From a virus, in the IMG/VR virus record IMGVR_UViG_3300032285_000892, positions 1-64,000 of that record: DNA of 64,000 nucleotides; one strand, given 5' to 3'. Numbering within the stretch: position 1 is the stretch's first letter; every line of letters starts with the position of its first letter. Shown here piece by piece: positions 37,230-47,200 of this stretch. A program made the position numbers and the translations under genes. Below the pieces are notes generated by a model. It ran no database searches and was not told where the DNA came from. It saw nothing but the letters and a program-made list of their open reading frames with translations.

Positions 37230-39573
37230 TAATTATATAGTTACAGCTACTGAGTTTAATGAGATGGCCCTTCAATTTGGTTATACTCGTAAAAATGGTA
37301 TATCTAATAGTAATAAGGGTAATACAAAAACAGAGTCAAGTGCTGCTTATTACTTAGATGAGAATGCTAATCCATGGTTTACATATACAGGTAACAGATG
37401 TCCTAGATATCAAGACTTTGTATGTGCTCCATCAGGATTAACTGTTACAGTGGATACAGTTTCAGTTTATGATGAAACTCATACTAATCCAGTATATCAT
37501 TCTTATTACAGTTATTTATTTAAGATAAAAGCAACTGTTCCTCAAGTAACGCCCACTGTTATATTTGATATTACGCTCCCTAACAATATTGTATTAGGTG
37601 ATTTTAGATATGTACATTATAATGGTAGTCCAGTACCATTACCTACATCAGACTATTACTATGTAGATATATATGACATACCTTCAGGTAGAGTGAGAAT
37701 ATTTCTATACAAACAAGTTACCACTGAGTATGAAATAGCATTCAATGCATATCCTGCTGCACAATACGGTACATTTACAGCAACTGCAAATGTATCTGGT
37801 ACATGGTGTAATACAACAGTGACAGTACCTGGAACATACTCTTATGTGTTACTTCAACCAAATGTTGTAATATCAAAAACAATTTATTATAGTGCTAATA
37901 CTAATTGTGTATCAACTAAAGGATACTCTATAGATATTACTAACACAGGAGGAAAACTAATTGGTGGTACTCTTTCAGATACACTTCCATCAGGATTAGT
38001 GCTTGGACAATTTCAAGCAGTTAAATATGATGGAAATTTTGTATCATCTACATCTGATTATTACAATTTAACTACGTATCAAGAGGGAGTAAATGGTGGA
38101 CAGATAGTTCTTGAATTACTTAAAGAGATTAGTCCTGCTCATTACTACACGTTATATTTCTATGCATCAAATGTAGCAGCTGGATATTATACAAACACTG
38201 CAGTATATCAAAATTATGCATATGCGACAAGTGGATCAAATACAACATATTGGGCAGCAGCGGCAACAACTGCTTACTATGAATTAGAAAACTGTGCTAC
38301 GTACGATTATTTATATACTACAATTGCTCCATTAGGATATGGCAATAGATATAAACTTGCATCAAATCCAGATCCTTGGTATACATATACAGGATCATCA
38401 ATTGTAGACTGTGTTCCTCCACCAGGATATGAAACAGGATTCGAACAAACATCTTATTATGGATGTTGTACTAGTGCAGCTCATTGGGTTCCGATTGGAT
38501 ATTCATGTTATGGAACATGTAATAAATATGAAACAGTTTATGATGATAATCCATGTTCTCCAACATTTGGAACAACTAAACAAGGAGATGCTGTACAATA
38601 TAACTCTTCATATTGTTATGTACCTGGAGGCGCATTTCAATGTTGTGGACAACCAACTGGTCCTGTTTGGGCAAATAATGGTGACACTAATTGTTTTGGA
38701 AGCTGTACATTATATCAACCTCAAATAAATACAAATCCGTGTTATACAGGATCTCCACAGACTCAAAATAATCCATTAGGAACTAGTGATAGTTGTGGAA
38801 CTTGGGTAGGTGCACCTTATTGTAAAGGAACTAATAATTGTGAGGAATGGTATAAAGAAACAAATTCTTGTACTGGTAATGTTCGAAACGATCATTTAGT
38901 AAACTCAAATAGCACATATTGCGGAGGATGTTGTGGTCAATCTACAACACCTAATTGGCAAAATAGTGGATGGGGTTGTTATGGAACATGTAATAAGTAT
39001 AACATTGAACAAGATTTAAACTCTTGTTCTCCTACATATGGAAACCAAAGACAAGGAAGTTTAATACAGAGTAATTCAACTGATTGTAATGGATGTTGTG
39101 GAATATCTCCAGCTGCTAACTGGGTAGACACTGCCCCTGCTGCATGTAATGCTTGTCATCTAGTACAACCACAGATAGATAATAATGTTTGTTCAGCAAC
39201 ATATGGTGACACTAGAGATGCTGACCTTGGTTTAAATTCAGATTGTGGTGGATGGCCTACAGTTTACTATTGTGTAGGATATGATAAATGGTCTAAAGAA
39301 GTTAATATTTGTACAGGAGCTATACGTAATGAGACATTAGTAGAATCAAATAGTCCTTATTGTGGATATCATCCTTGCACTACTTGGGATATAAGTGCGT
39401 ATGATGCTGATACTTATGTAAGTGGTACTTATACTAACTGCGCAGGATTCTCTGATAGCTTCTCATTCTACTCTGCATTTGGAGGATATGCAGGAAGTAT
39501 ATGTGTAAGAAATGGTACATCACCAAGTGTAAGTGGTGGTGGAGCAAGTGATACAGGAAATGTATGTTCGTAA
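37219..39573 (+). CDS. Cys-rich virion protein with two DUF11-like beta-sandwich domains and Cys/Trp repeats
   Basis: VVISKT...YSIDITNTG...LSDTLPSGL...YTNTA; repeated W..G..C.G.C......D.N.CS.T.G units. Confidence 0.7.
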   Translation: MKTDNYIVTATEFNEMALQFGYTRKNGISNSNKGNTKTESSAAYYLDENANPWFTYTGNRCPRYQDFVCAPSGLTVTVDTVSVYDETHTNPVYHSYYSYLFKIKATVPQVTPTVIFDITLPNNIVLGDFRYVHYNGSPVPLPTSDYYYVDIYDIPSGRVRIFLYKQVTTEYEIAFNAYPAAQYGTFTATANVSGTWCNTTVTVPGTYSYVLLQPNVVISKTIYYSANTNCVSTKGYSIDITNTGGKLIGGTLSDTLPSGLVLGQFQAVKYDGNFVSSTSDYYNLTTYQEGVNGGQIVLELLKEISPAHYYTLYFYASNVAAGYYTNTAVYQNYAYATSGSNTTYWAAAATTAYYELENCATYDYLYTTIAPLGYGNRYKLASNPDPWYTYTGSSIVDCVPPPGYETGFEQTSYYGCCTSAAHWVPIGYSCYGTCNKYETVYDDNPCSPTFGTTKQGDAVQYNSSYCYVPGGAFQCCGQPTGPVWANNGDTNCFGSCTLYQPQINTNPCYTGSPQTQNNPLGTSDSCGTWVGAPYCKGTNNCEEWYKETNSCTGNVRNDHLVNSNSTYCGGCCGQSTTPNWQNSGWGCYGTCNKYNIEQDLNSCSPTYGNQRQGSLIQSNSTDCNGCCGISPAANWVDTAPAACNACHLVQPQIDNNVCSATYGDTRDADLGLNSDCGGWPTVYYCVGYDKWSKEVNICTGAIRNETLVESNSPYCGYHPCTTWDISAYDADTYVSGTYTNCAGFSDSFSFYSAFGGYAGSICVRNGTSPSVSGGGASDTGNVCS

Positions 39574-39601
39574 ACTAACAAAATAAAATAAATAAATAAC
39601 A

Positions 39602-40654
39602 ATGAATGTCTTAATCACATTAACAACAGCAGGTGCAGATACAGGACCTTTTAATCTGTATTCAAATACAGATAGCTATGTTACAGCTTTTGCAACAGGT
39701 ATTGCAAAGTCTGTATTAGTTGCTGGGTATACAAGTACAGTGGTGCCAGCAGGCACAAACACTATACGTGTAAAATCTACAGGTGCATGTACTAATTTTG
39801 TAGACTTAGCTGTTGCAGGTGCAACTACAACTACCACTACTAGTAGTACATCTACAAGTACTTCTACATCAACAAGTACATCTACTAGTACAACTAGTAC
39901 AACAACTACACACCCTCCAGCTGATCAATGGTATCAACTTACTAACTGTACTACATCAGCAATTGATTACTCAGCAATGTATCCTACATCAGGACCACAA
40001 TTTGCATTGAATGATCGTGTAATTGATCTTGGAAGTAATTATTGGAAAGTTACTCAGATATATTATTCAAGCCCAGGTGGTTCTGGATTATTAATAGGAG
40101 CAACAGGTTTGACAGGATGTCCTGGTGATACAACAACTACTACATCTACTAGTACATCTACATCTACTAGTACAAGTACGTCAACAAGTACGTCAACAAG
40201 TACATCCACTAGTACGTCTACCAGTACGTCTACCAGTACTACAACTAGTACTACTACAGCAGCTCCTGGTACAACAACTACTACCACAACTGCACCGTTA
40301 CCTACTATCTTTGTTGATTTCTTATTACAATTAGATGCTGGTAATACAGGATCAATGGATATCTATACAGCATCCCCTATTGGTGCAGGATTTATATTGA
40401 GTCATACATTAACATCAAATGGTGAGAGTTGGTCAGTTGGATTACTTGCAGGTGATGGATACAAAGTAACTGTTACACAAGATACTAGAGCAACAAGTGG
40501 TCAAAGAGGTCAAATTGCAGATACAATAAATAGTACAACTACTTACTATTCTACTGCAGCTGGTGCACTTCCTCAATCAGTAACATCTGCTGATAGAACA
40601 CTTGCTAATGGAAATACATATAGTGTCCTTGGAATTTGTGGAGACGTTGTGTAA
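39602..40654 (+). CDS. Thr/Ser-rich (mucin-like) virion protein
   Basis: Three small globular domains joined by (TS)n/Tn tracts. Confidence 0.75.
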   Translation: MNVLITLTTAGADTGPFNLYSNTDSYVTAFATGIAKSVLVAGYTSTVVPAGTNTIRVKSTGACTNFVDLAVAGATTTTTTSSTSTSTSTSTSTSTSTTSTTTTHPPADQWYQLTNCTTSAIDYSAMYPTSGPQFALNDRVIDLGSNYWKVTQIYYSSPGGSGLLIGATGLTGCPGDTTTTTSTSTSTSTSTSTSTSTSTSTSTSTSTSTSTSTTTSTTTAAPGTTTTTTTAPLPTIFVDFLLQLDAGNTGSMDIYTASPIGAGFILSHTLTSNGESWSVGLLAGDGYKVTVTQDTRATSGQRGQIADTINSTTTYYSTAAGALPQSVTSADRTLANGNTYSVLGICGDVV

Positions 40655-40695
40655 TTGAAGATATAAAAAATCCTGTTTGTTGGTTTACAGGGTTT

Positions 40696-40726
40696 CTCCT
40701 AGGGGCACATGGTCCCTAGGAGTTTT
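40696..40726 (+). terminator. intrinsic terminator, preceded by a second hairpin at ~40668-40695
   Basis: CTCCTAGGG-gcacatggt-CCCTAGGAG then TTTTCATTTT. Confidence 0.8.
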
Positions 40727-40837
40727 CATTTTTATAATCAACTTTGTTAAACTATATAACTAATTCAATTACAATTATTTGGTAAATACAAAATTAAATT
40801 TATATATTTAGGATAATTTAACTAAACTACGAATAGG

Positions 40838-42064
40838 ATGACTGAAAATCAGGACATGCTTTTTCGTCTTGAAGCACTTTTAAGACGCAAGAAAAGCAAA
40901 TCATTCTATGCCGAGAGGCTTGGAATAACTGAGATTGAAGTAGATGAATTGTTAAAAGAGCTAAAAGAGAGAGATCAAGAACCTAACGATACATTGAAAA
41001 CACCTTTATTGTGTGAGTCAATAAGAAAGACAAACAACGAACGAGGAACTATTGAGAGTACAGTAATAGCTGATTTTGAACCGAAGGACGACATAGAGCT
41101 TGCTGCTCTACACAAGATCAACTTAGACAAATACATTATAGTAAACTACTGGTCTAAACTATTACCTAATGGTAAGTTTACATCATCAATCTTCTCTAAG
41201 AAAAAAGAGGCCAAAGACTACACTGCAGAGGACTTTGCAAAGTTCTTAGAGAATTATAAATCCAACTACATACCCCAGTTACCACCAGAGCTAGAACGTG
41301 CTAAGCTAATAGATGTTGAGATATCATTATCTGACTTCCATTTAGCTAAGAGGCATATTGATGGAGATAATTCACCAGCTGTTAGATGTAAGAGATACTT
41401 CAGTACAGCTGTAAGTCTTGCATATAATGTAAAATCATTATATGATATTGATAGAATTGTATTTCCAATATCAAATGACTTCTTTCATACAGATAACTTT
41501 CAGCATCAAACAACAAACGGAACACCACAAGAAACTATTGTTGACTATGCACATGAGTATGAATTAGGATTTGCTTTACTTGTAGATACAATCAAAGCAT
41601 TAAAGACTGTATGTAAAGAGTTGCATGTTATACTAGTACAAGGTAATCATGACAGAACTAAGTCTTATTATTTAGCTCATGCTCTTGATGTTTACTTCAA
41701 TGCAGAACCTAAGATATACTTTGATAGAGATCATTCTACAGTGAAGGCTACTTTGTTAGGAGAAACATTTATTGGTTATCATCATGGTAACTGTAAGATT
41801 GAGGATCTTCCTTTATTGTTTGCAACCCATCCTGATTACAGCCAAATGTTTGGATGTTCTAAGTACAGAGAAATACATACAGGTGATAAACATCACTACA
41901 TGGCTAAAGAAGTAAAAGGGGTAAGGATACAACAAATGCCTAGCCTGTCTGGTACAGATAGATGGCATCAAGATAATAACTTTGTCCACAGTGTGAGGGC
42001 AGCACTTGCTTTAGTCTATGATAAAGAGTTAGGCAAGATTTGTGAATTTGAAGAAAGAATATAA
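40838..42064 (+). CDS. calcineurin-like metallophosphoesterase with N-terminal HTH-like region
   Basis: SLSDFHL, SNDFFHTD, VQGNHD, GYHHG, HTGDKHH. Confidence 0.85.
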   Translation: MTENQDMLFRLEALLRRKKSKSFYAERLGITEIEVDELLKELKERDQEPNDTLKTPLLCESIRKTNNERGTIESTVIADFEPKDDIELAALHKINLDKYIIVNYWSKLLPNGKFTSSIFSKKKEAKDYTAEDFAKFLENYKSNYIPQLPPELERAKLIDVEISLSDFHLAKRHIDGDNSPAVRCKRYFSTAVSLAYNVKSLYDIDRIVFPISNDFFHTDNFQHQTTNGTPQETIVDYAHEYELGFALLVDTIKALKTVCKELHVILVQGNHDRTKSYYLAHALDVYFNAEPKIYFDRDHSTVKATLLGETFIGYHHGNCKIEDLPLLFATHPDYSQMFGCSKYREIHTGDKHHYMAKEVKGVRIQQMPSLSGTDRWHQDNNFVHSVRAALALVYDKELGKICEFEERI

Positions 42065-42066
42065 CA

Positions 42067-42813
42067 ATGGCAACATTAAGAAAACTAGTCTCGGATGTGC
42101 GTTCTATGCACAAGTTATTATCAACTGACAACTTGATAACAGATAGAGCTATATCATCTGAGGTTAGAAACTGCACTCTATTATTGGTTAAGCGTGAAAC
42201 AAATCTTCGTAAGCTTTGGGCTACAGATACTTTGTTCACTACAATACCATGTCTAGAGATGGTAGAAGTTCCTATTTCTGATTGTTGTGATTACACAGAT
42301 CCTTGCACTGTTGCTAGAAGTGTAGAAAGACTTCCTCGCATTGCAGAAGGAAACTATCAGTATCTCATCCAGGGAGTATGGTCAATCAACGCTATGGGCG
42401 GAACAGGTAAAAGATTTAAAGATATTACAATCAATAGATACTTGAACTTATTAAAGCTTCCATACATTAAGAACGAAAGTTATTTCTGGATAGTTGATGG
42501 ATACTTATACATCAGTGATCCATCATTATTAAAGGTTAGAATTGCAGCGTTATTTGAAGATGATCTTCCTCCTGAGGTTAGATACTCTGGTAAATGTGAA
42601 GAAGATATAACTGATGAAGAATGGTGCATGAATCCTTTAGATAGGCCATATGCTTGTCCTGGTTATCTTGAGAAACAAGTATTAGAATTAGCCTCTCAGA
42701 AGTTATTATCTACTTACTTTAGGATTACTGATGATAAGACTCAGAATAATAATGATGAGCAAGTTGCTGCTCCACAATACAGAACCAACCAAAGTAATTA
42801 TAATAATGGCTAG
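42067..42813 (+). CDS. probable tail ring / tubular protein
   Basis: 248 aa; position just before the IHF-like, ring and muzzle genes as in crAss-like tail modules. Confidence 0.5.
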   Translation: MATLRKLVSDVRSMHKLLSTDNLITDRAISSEVRNCTLLLVKRETNLRKLWATDTLFTTIPCLEMVEVPISDCCDYTDPCTVARSVERLPRIAEGNYQYLIQGVWSINAMGGTGKRFKDITINRYLNLLKLPYIKNESYFWIVDGYLYISDPSLLKVRIAALFEDDLPPEVRYSGKCEEDITDEEWCMNPLDRPYACPGYLEKQVLELASQKLLSTYFRITDDKTQNNNDEQVAAPQYRTNQSNYNNG

Positions 42814-43285
42814 AGTAAAGGTTGATTGGAGAAGCTCCAGCAAAGATAACTACAAAAACTTCTGTAAGAAGAACTCATCAGTAAAGATAAATTTTGATGA
42901 TTGGAGAAACATCATCTACTCATTCAGTGACGCATTCAAAAACTACATCTTGGAAAGTGGAGATAAAGCAAGGCTACCTTATGGCTTTGGTGAATTCTCT
43001 ATTAACAAGAAGAAGCGTAAGAAGTTTAAAATGGTTGAGGGCAAAGAGGTAATTAACTTACCAATTGATTGGCAGAAGAGTAGAGAGAAAGGTAAAAGAA
43101 TATATAACTTTAACTATCACACAGAAGGTTATTTCTTTGGTTGGATGTGGTTCAGAGAAAGTACAAGACTAAGAAATGTAGACCTTTGGTATTTTAAACC
43201 AAGTAGAAACACATCAAGATTATTATCTCATTATATCAAAACTGACGATAAGTATCAACATCTTTATAACGAGTGGAAAAAGTAA
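42806..43285 (+). CDS. IHF/HU-like protein of the tail module
   Basis: ILESGDKARLPYGFGEFSINKKK; start moved from 42731 to the in-frame ATG at 42806. Confidence 0.6.
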   Translation: MARVKVDWRSSSKDNYKNFCKKNSSVKINFDDWRNIIYSFSDAFKNYILESGDKARLPYGFGEFSINKKKRKKFKMVEGKEVINLPIDWQKSREKGKRIYNFNYHTEGYFFGWMWFRESTRLRNVDLWYFKPSRNTSRLLSHYIKTDDKYQHLYNEWKK

Positions 43286-43291
43286 AATAAC

Positions 43292-44284
43292 ATGTCATAC
43301 TACTACAAATATAATTTCCTTTCTCCTGAGCCTGTATATTCTACAGTGAAAGAAGAGCTTAAGAGCTACTTTGATACAGGAGCTGTTGATGACTTAATGT
43401 TTCCCACTTATTTAGATAAATGTCTACGTAAGCTTGGTCGGAATAACTATGTTATCCGTGAAGTAATATTAGATGTATGGGACTTTGAAGCTCGTCTTCC
43501 AGATAACTTCTTTGCTGTAAGAGAAGCATGGATGTGTGCAGAGACACCATTAACTCCATATCAAACAGCTAATTCATTCTACTCTCAAGCATTCACTCAG
43601 ACCACTATTCAAGTGAGTCCTATTACAACAGACTGTGCTATTCCTAGTCCGTGCTGTGGCAATGTAGGATGTGATGGATCATGTATGCCTGAGATCATAG
43701 ATACAATATATAAGACTAATCAGCAAACGACACGTTCTATTACAAGAAACTATTTGATGCAACCTGGAAATATTAACGGTGCTGCTTATTGTAATTTAGA
43801 ATATGGATCAGGACAGGCATGTGTTTCTAATGCATGTGACTTTGATAATGGTCCTTCTCTTGCTTCTCGTAACACACCATTTTCATCTGCTGCTAATTCG
43901 TTTGACATTAGAGATAACAAGTTTGTTACTAATGTAAGATATGCAGTGATACATTTAGTATTTTATGCTACTGAGTACGATGCAGTAGGTAATCAAATGA
44001 TTCCTGACAACTTCCGTATCAGGGAATATATAGAATCATTCCTTAAATTTAAAGTTTTCGAAACCCTATCTAACCAACTAACTGATGAGACGTTTGAACA
44101 AATACAGAAGAAACTTGGCTATTATAAGCAACTTTCTGAGGAAGCATTCATTATGGCAGACATTGAGATAAAGAAGCAAGATGCTTGGACAAAACAACGT
44201 AGAATAAAGAACGATTTGAACAGATTCAATATGTACGAACTGCCAAATAGATCATATAGATATGGCCGCAGAAGAAACAACTAA
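43292..44284 (+). CDS. probable tail ring protein
   Basis: 330 aa; directly upstream of the muzzle gene. Confidence 0.5.
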   Translation: MSYYYKYNFLSPEPVYSTVKEELKSYFDTGAVDDLMFPTYLDKCLRKLGRNNYVIREVILDVWDFEARLPDNFFAVREAWMCAETPLTPYQTANSFYSQAFTQTTIQVSPITTDCAIPSPCCGNVGCDGSCMPEIIDTIYKTNQQTTRSITRNYLMQPGNINGAAYCNLEYGSGQACVSNACDFDNGPSLASRNTPFSSAANSFDIRDNKFVTNVRYAVIHLVFYATEYDAVGNQMIPDNFRIREYIESFLKFKVFETLSNQLTDETFEQIQKKLGYYKQLSEEAFIMADIEIKKQDAWTKQRRIKNDLNRFNMYELPNRSYRYGRRRNN

Positions 44285-47200
44285 TAAAGGAAACATTAAC
44301 GCAAATTACAATGTTGCCCAGACTGGTCTGAACATGGATAACACCATTGGTCAAATCAAGAAAGGTATGCTTACGTATGCGTTAAATGCCAATGTTGAAA
44401 ACTTTGATTCTAACTCTGTCAACTATCAGAATGAAGAGGGTAATGAAATATGCATAAATTTTCCTGAAGGGTATCAAGTTATAGGAAATCATTTCATTCC
44501 TGAAAAGAATAAGCATGTATTTTTTCTAGTTAATGCTACTACAGGTGAATCTGAGATTGGATACATGTATAACAATAACTGTGAATATGTATCTTATTTA
44601 AACTTACCATGTTTGAATTTTAATATCAATCATCCAATCCAAAAGGTAGTACATCGTATTACAAACTGTACTACAGAAATATATTGGACTGATGGATATA
44701 ATGTTAGAAGATATTTAGATATAGAGGGAGATGCTCCAACAAATTGTAATACATTAAGTATACAACCAAACTTTAGTATTCCACAATTAGATATACTTGA
44801 AGTTATAACAGGAGGAGAATTAGTTGCTGGTACATATCAGTTTGCTATTCAATACTGTGATGCATTAGGATTTGGATATACATCTTACTATTCAGTAACG
44901 AATCCTGTATCTATTGCTAATAATAAAATTGAGACTGCAGATTTTAATTATCCTGTAAATCAATCAATTAGATTACAAATCAGTAATCTAGAAATAAATG
45001 GATACTTTAAATACTATAACTTAGCAGTTATCAAATTCATTAATTCAATTGAATCAGTTGAGTTAATAGGGACATATTATATTGATACTGTAACCACTGA
45101 CATTACATATGCTGGACAAAACCAAACTCAAATCAGACTATCAATCAATGATATCTTTGAGAAGTTCCCATATTATGATATTGCTCAAGATGTAACAAGT
45201 GTTCAAGATATTCTTGTATGGGACCAACTTACATCTAATGATAGAGTTAACTATCAATCTATTGCTAGTAAAATCTCTTTAAAGTGGCAGACATACAAAC
45301 TTCCTGCTACAGAGAATTATTCTAATGAGATTAATACAGCTGAGTTGAGAGGATATCTTCGTGATGAAGTGTATGCTTTTGAAATTGTATTCTTGCTAAA
45401 GAATGGTAGACAAACAGATGGTTTTCATATCCCTGGTAGAGATCATATTCCATCTGACTTAGTTCCTATTCCAAGTACTAATCCTGACTTTATTGGTACA
45501 GGAACAACTGCTCCTACATGGCAGATATATAACACTGCATATGGAGTAACTGCTGCTACAGGATCGTCTATAAACAATGCTACGCCATATCAATATGGTG
45601 AGTTTGCGTATTGGCAGTCTGACGTAAAATATCCAAACAATCCACTTGTATGGGGAGATCTTGCTAATACATATATTCGTCATCATAAGTTTCCAGATAT
45701 TCTTGTAAGTCCTGCATTTGATAGTCCTACACCAACAATTGTTGCTGGTAAGTATGATGTTTACATGCAGACCAGTGCAGCTGTATATCCTATGGGTGTA
45801 CGGATTGATACTGCTCAAGTACAAGCAGCAATTGCTCAAGCTGTCACTGATCATAAAATCACTCAAGCAGAAGCAGATAATATTGCAGGATATAAAATTG
45901 TACGTGCTAATAGATCAACTAATAAGTCTATTATAGGTAAAGGAATTCTACGTAACGTAGGTAAATACAATCGTAATGGTACTGATTATTACTTTCCTAA
46001 CTATCCTTATAATGACTTAAGAAAAGATCCATTTCTTCTTGAGAACAATAACGCATATGGTAGCCAAACTATCAATTGGAAACTATCTGTAACTGTTGCA
46101 GGACAAGCTCAAATTACTAACCCTTACACTAATCAGTTACAAACAATTAATCTCACTGTAACAGGAATTGGTGAACTACTAACAATTTGTTCACTAACTA
46201 AACCTAAATCATTAGGTACAGCAGTATTTGTTGCAGCAGATCCATATAGTCCAGTAAATGTACAAGGTGATAGTAATTTTTTTGAGCAACAAAAAACATA
46301 CGTTATTGTTAATAACAATCCAATAGACTTAGGATTTTTATATGCAAAAACTGGAAACTTACCATATACCTTTTATTCATATACTGCTCCTGCATACAGT
46401 GTTACATACTTATCAGCATGGTCTCCTCCAACTTTACTTGCACCAGCTGGTGCTGTTAATTATATAGTTGGTGGAAGTGATACAGTTAATCCTGAGTGTT
46501 TACCTGCTAACTTAAATGCATTTGCTACAGATGAATCTAAGTACAGACAAATCTTTAATTCTCCTGAAACTTCTTTTGGACAGCCTACATTAGGATCTGT
46601 TCTTAAGATAGAGAATGTATTGTTTGGTGCAGGAAATTCTCACTTTGTAAAGGTTACAAATAATGCAAAGTATAAACTATTAACAAAAGATATTCAATAT
46701 CAAGCATTGTTAACTAGTTATACAACAGCTAATGCAGTTGCTCCATTTAATGCCACTGCAATGTTTACAATGTACCAAGCATATTTAACTGTTTGGATTA
46801 ATGGCATCAATAGACAAAACTTTGCGTATTCATACAACTCTATAGCTACATATGATTATCAAGCACCTGTTACTAATAGTGGATACAAACAACGTCCATT
46901 AGATAGATATCAATACATATCTCCTGGTGTTCAATCTGTTAGTGATATACATGATGTTAATAATTTCCAAAGAGAATCTTCTGTTTATCTTAGAACTGAT
47001 TTAACTAAATCAGCATTACCTTTTCCTGATAAAGTTCCTTCAGTGATGTCAAGATCAAACAGTTTAATTAGTGATGAATCTAGATTAACTGTAGGACAGA
47101 TGGGTAACTGTGGTACTCCAGAACATCTAGAAAAGATTAAAGTAATATCTTATTATGCATCATTAAAAAATATTATTCCTGGTCAGTATGGTCAGATATA

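Noticed and set aside
39813-40334. Alternative-frame ORFs over the Thr/Ser tracts
   Set aside because: Artefacts of ACN/AGT low-complexity repeats
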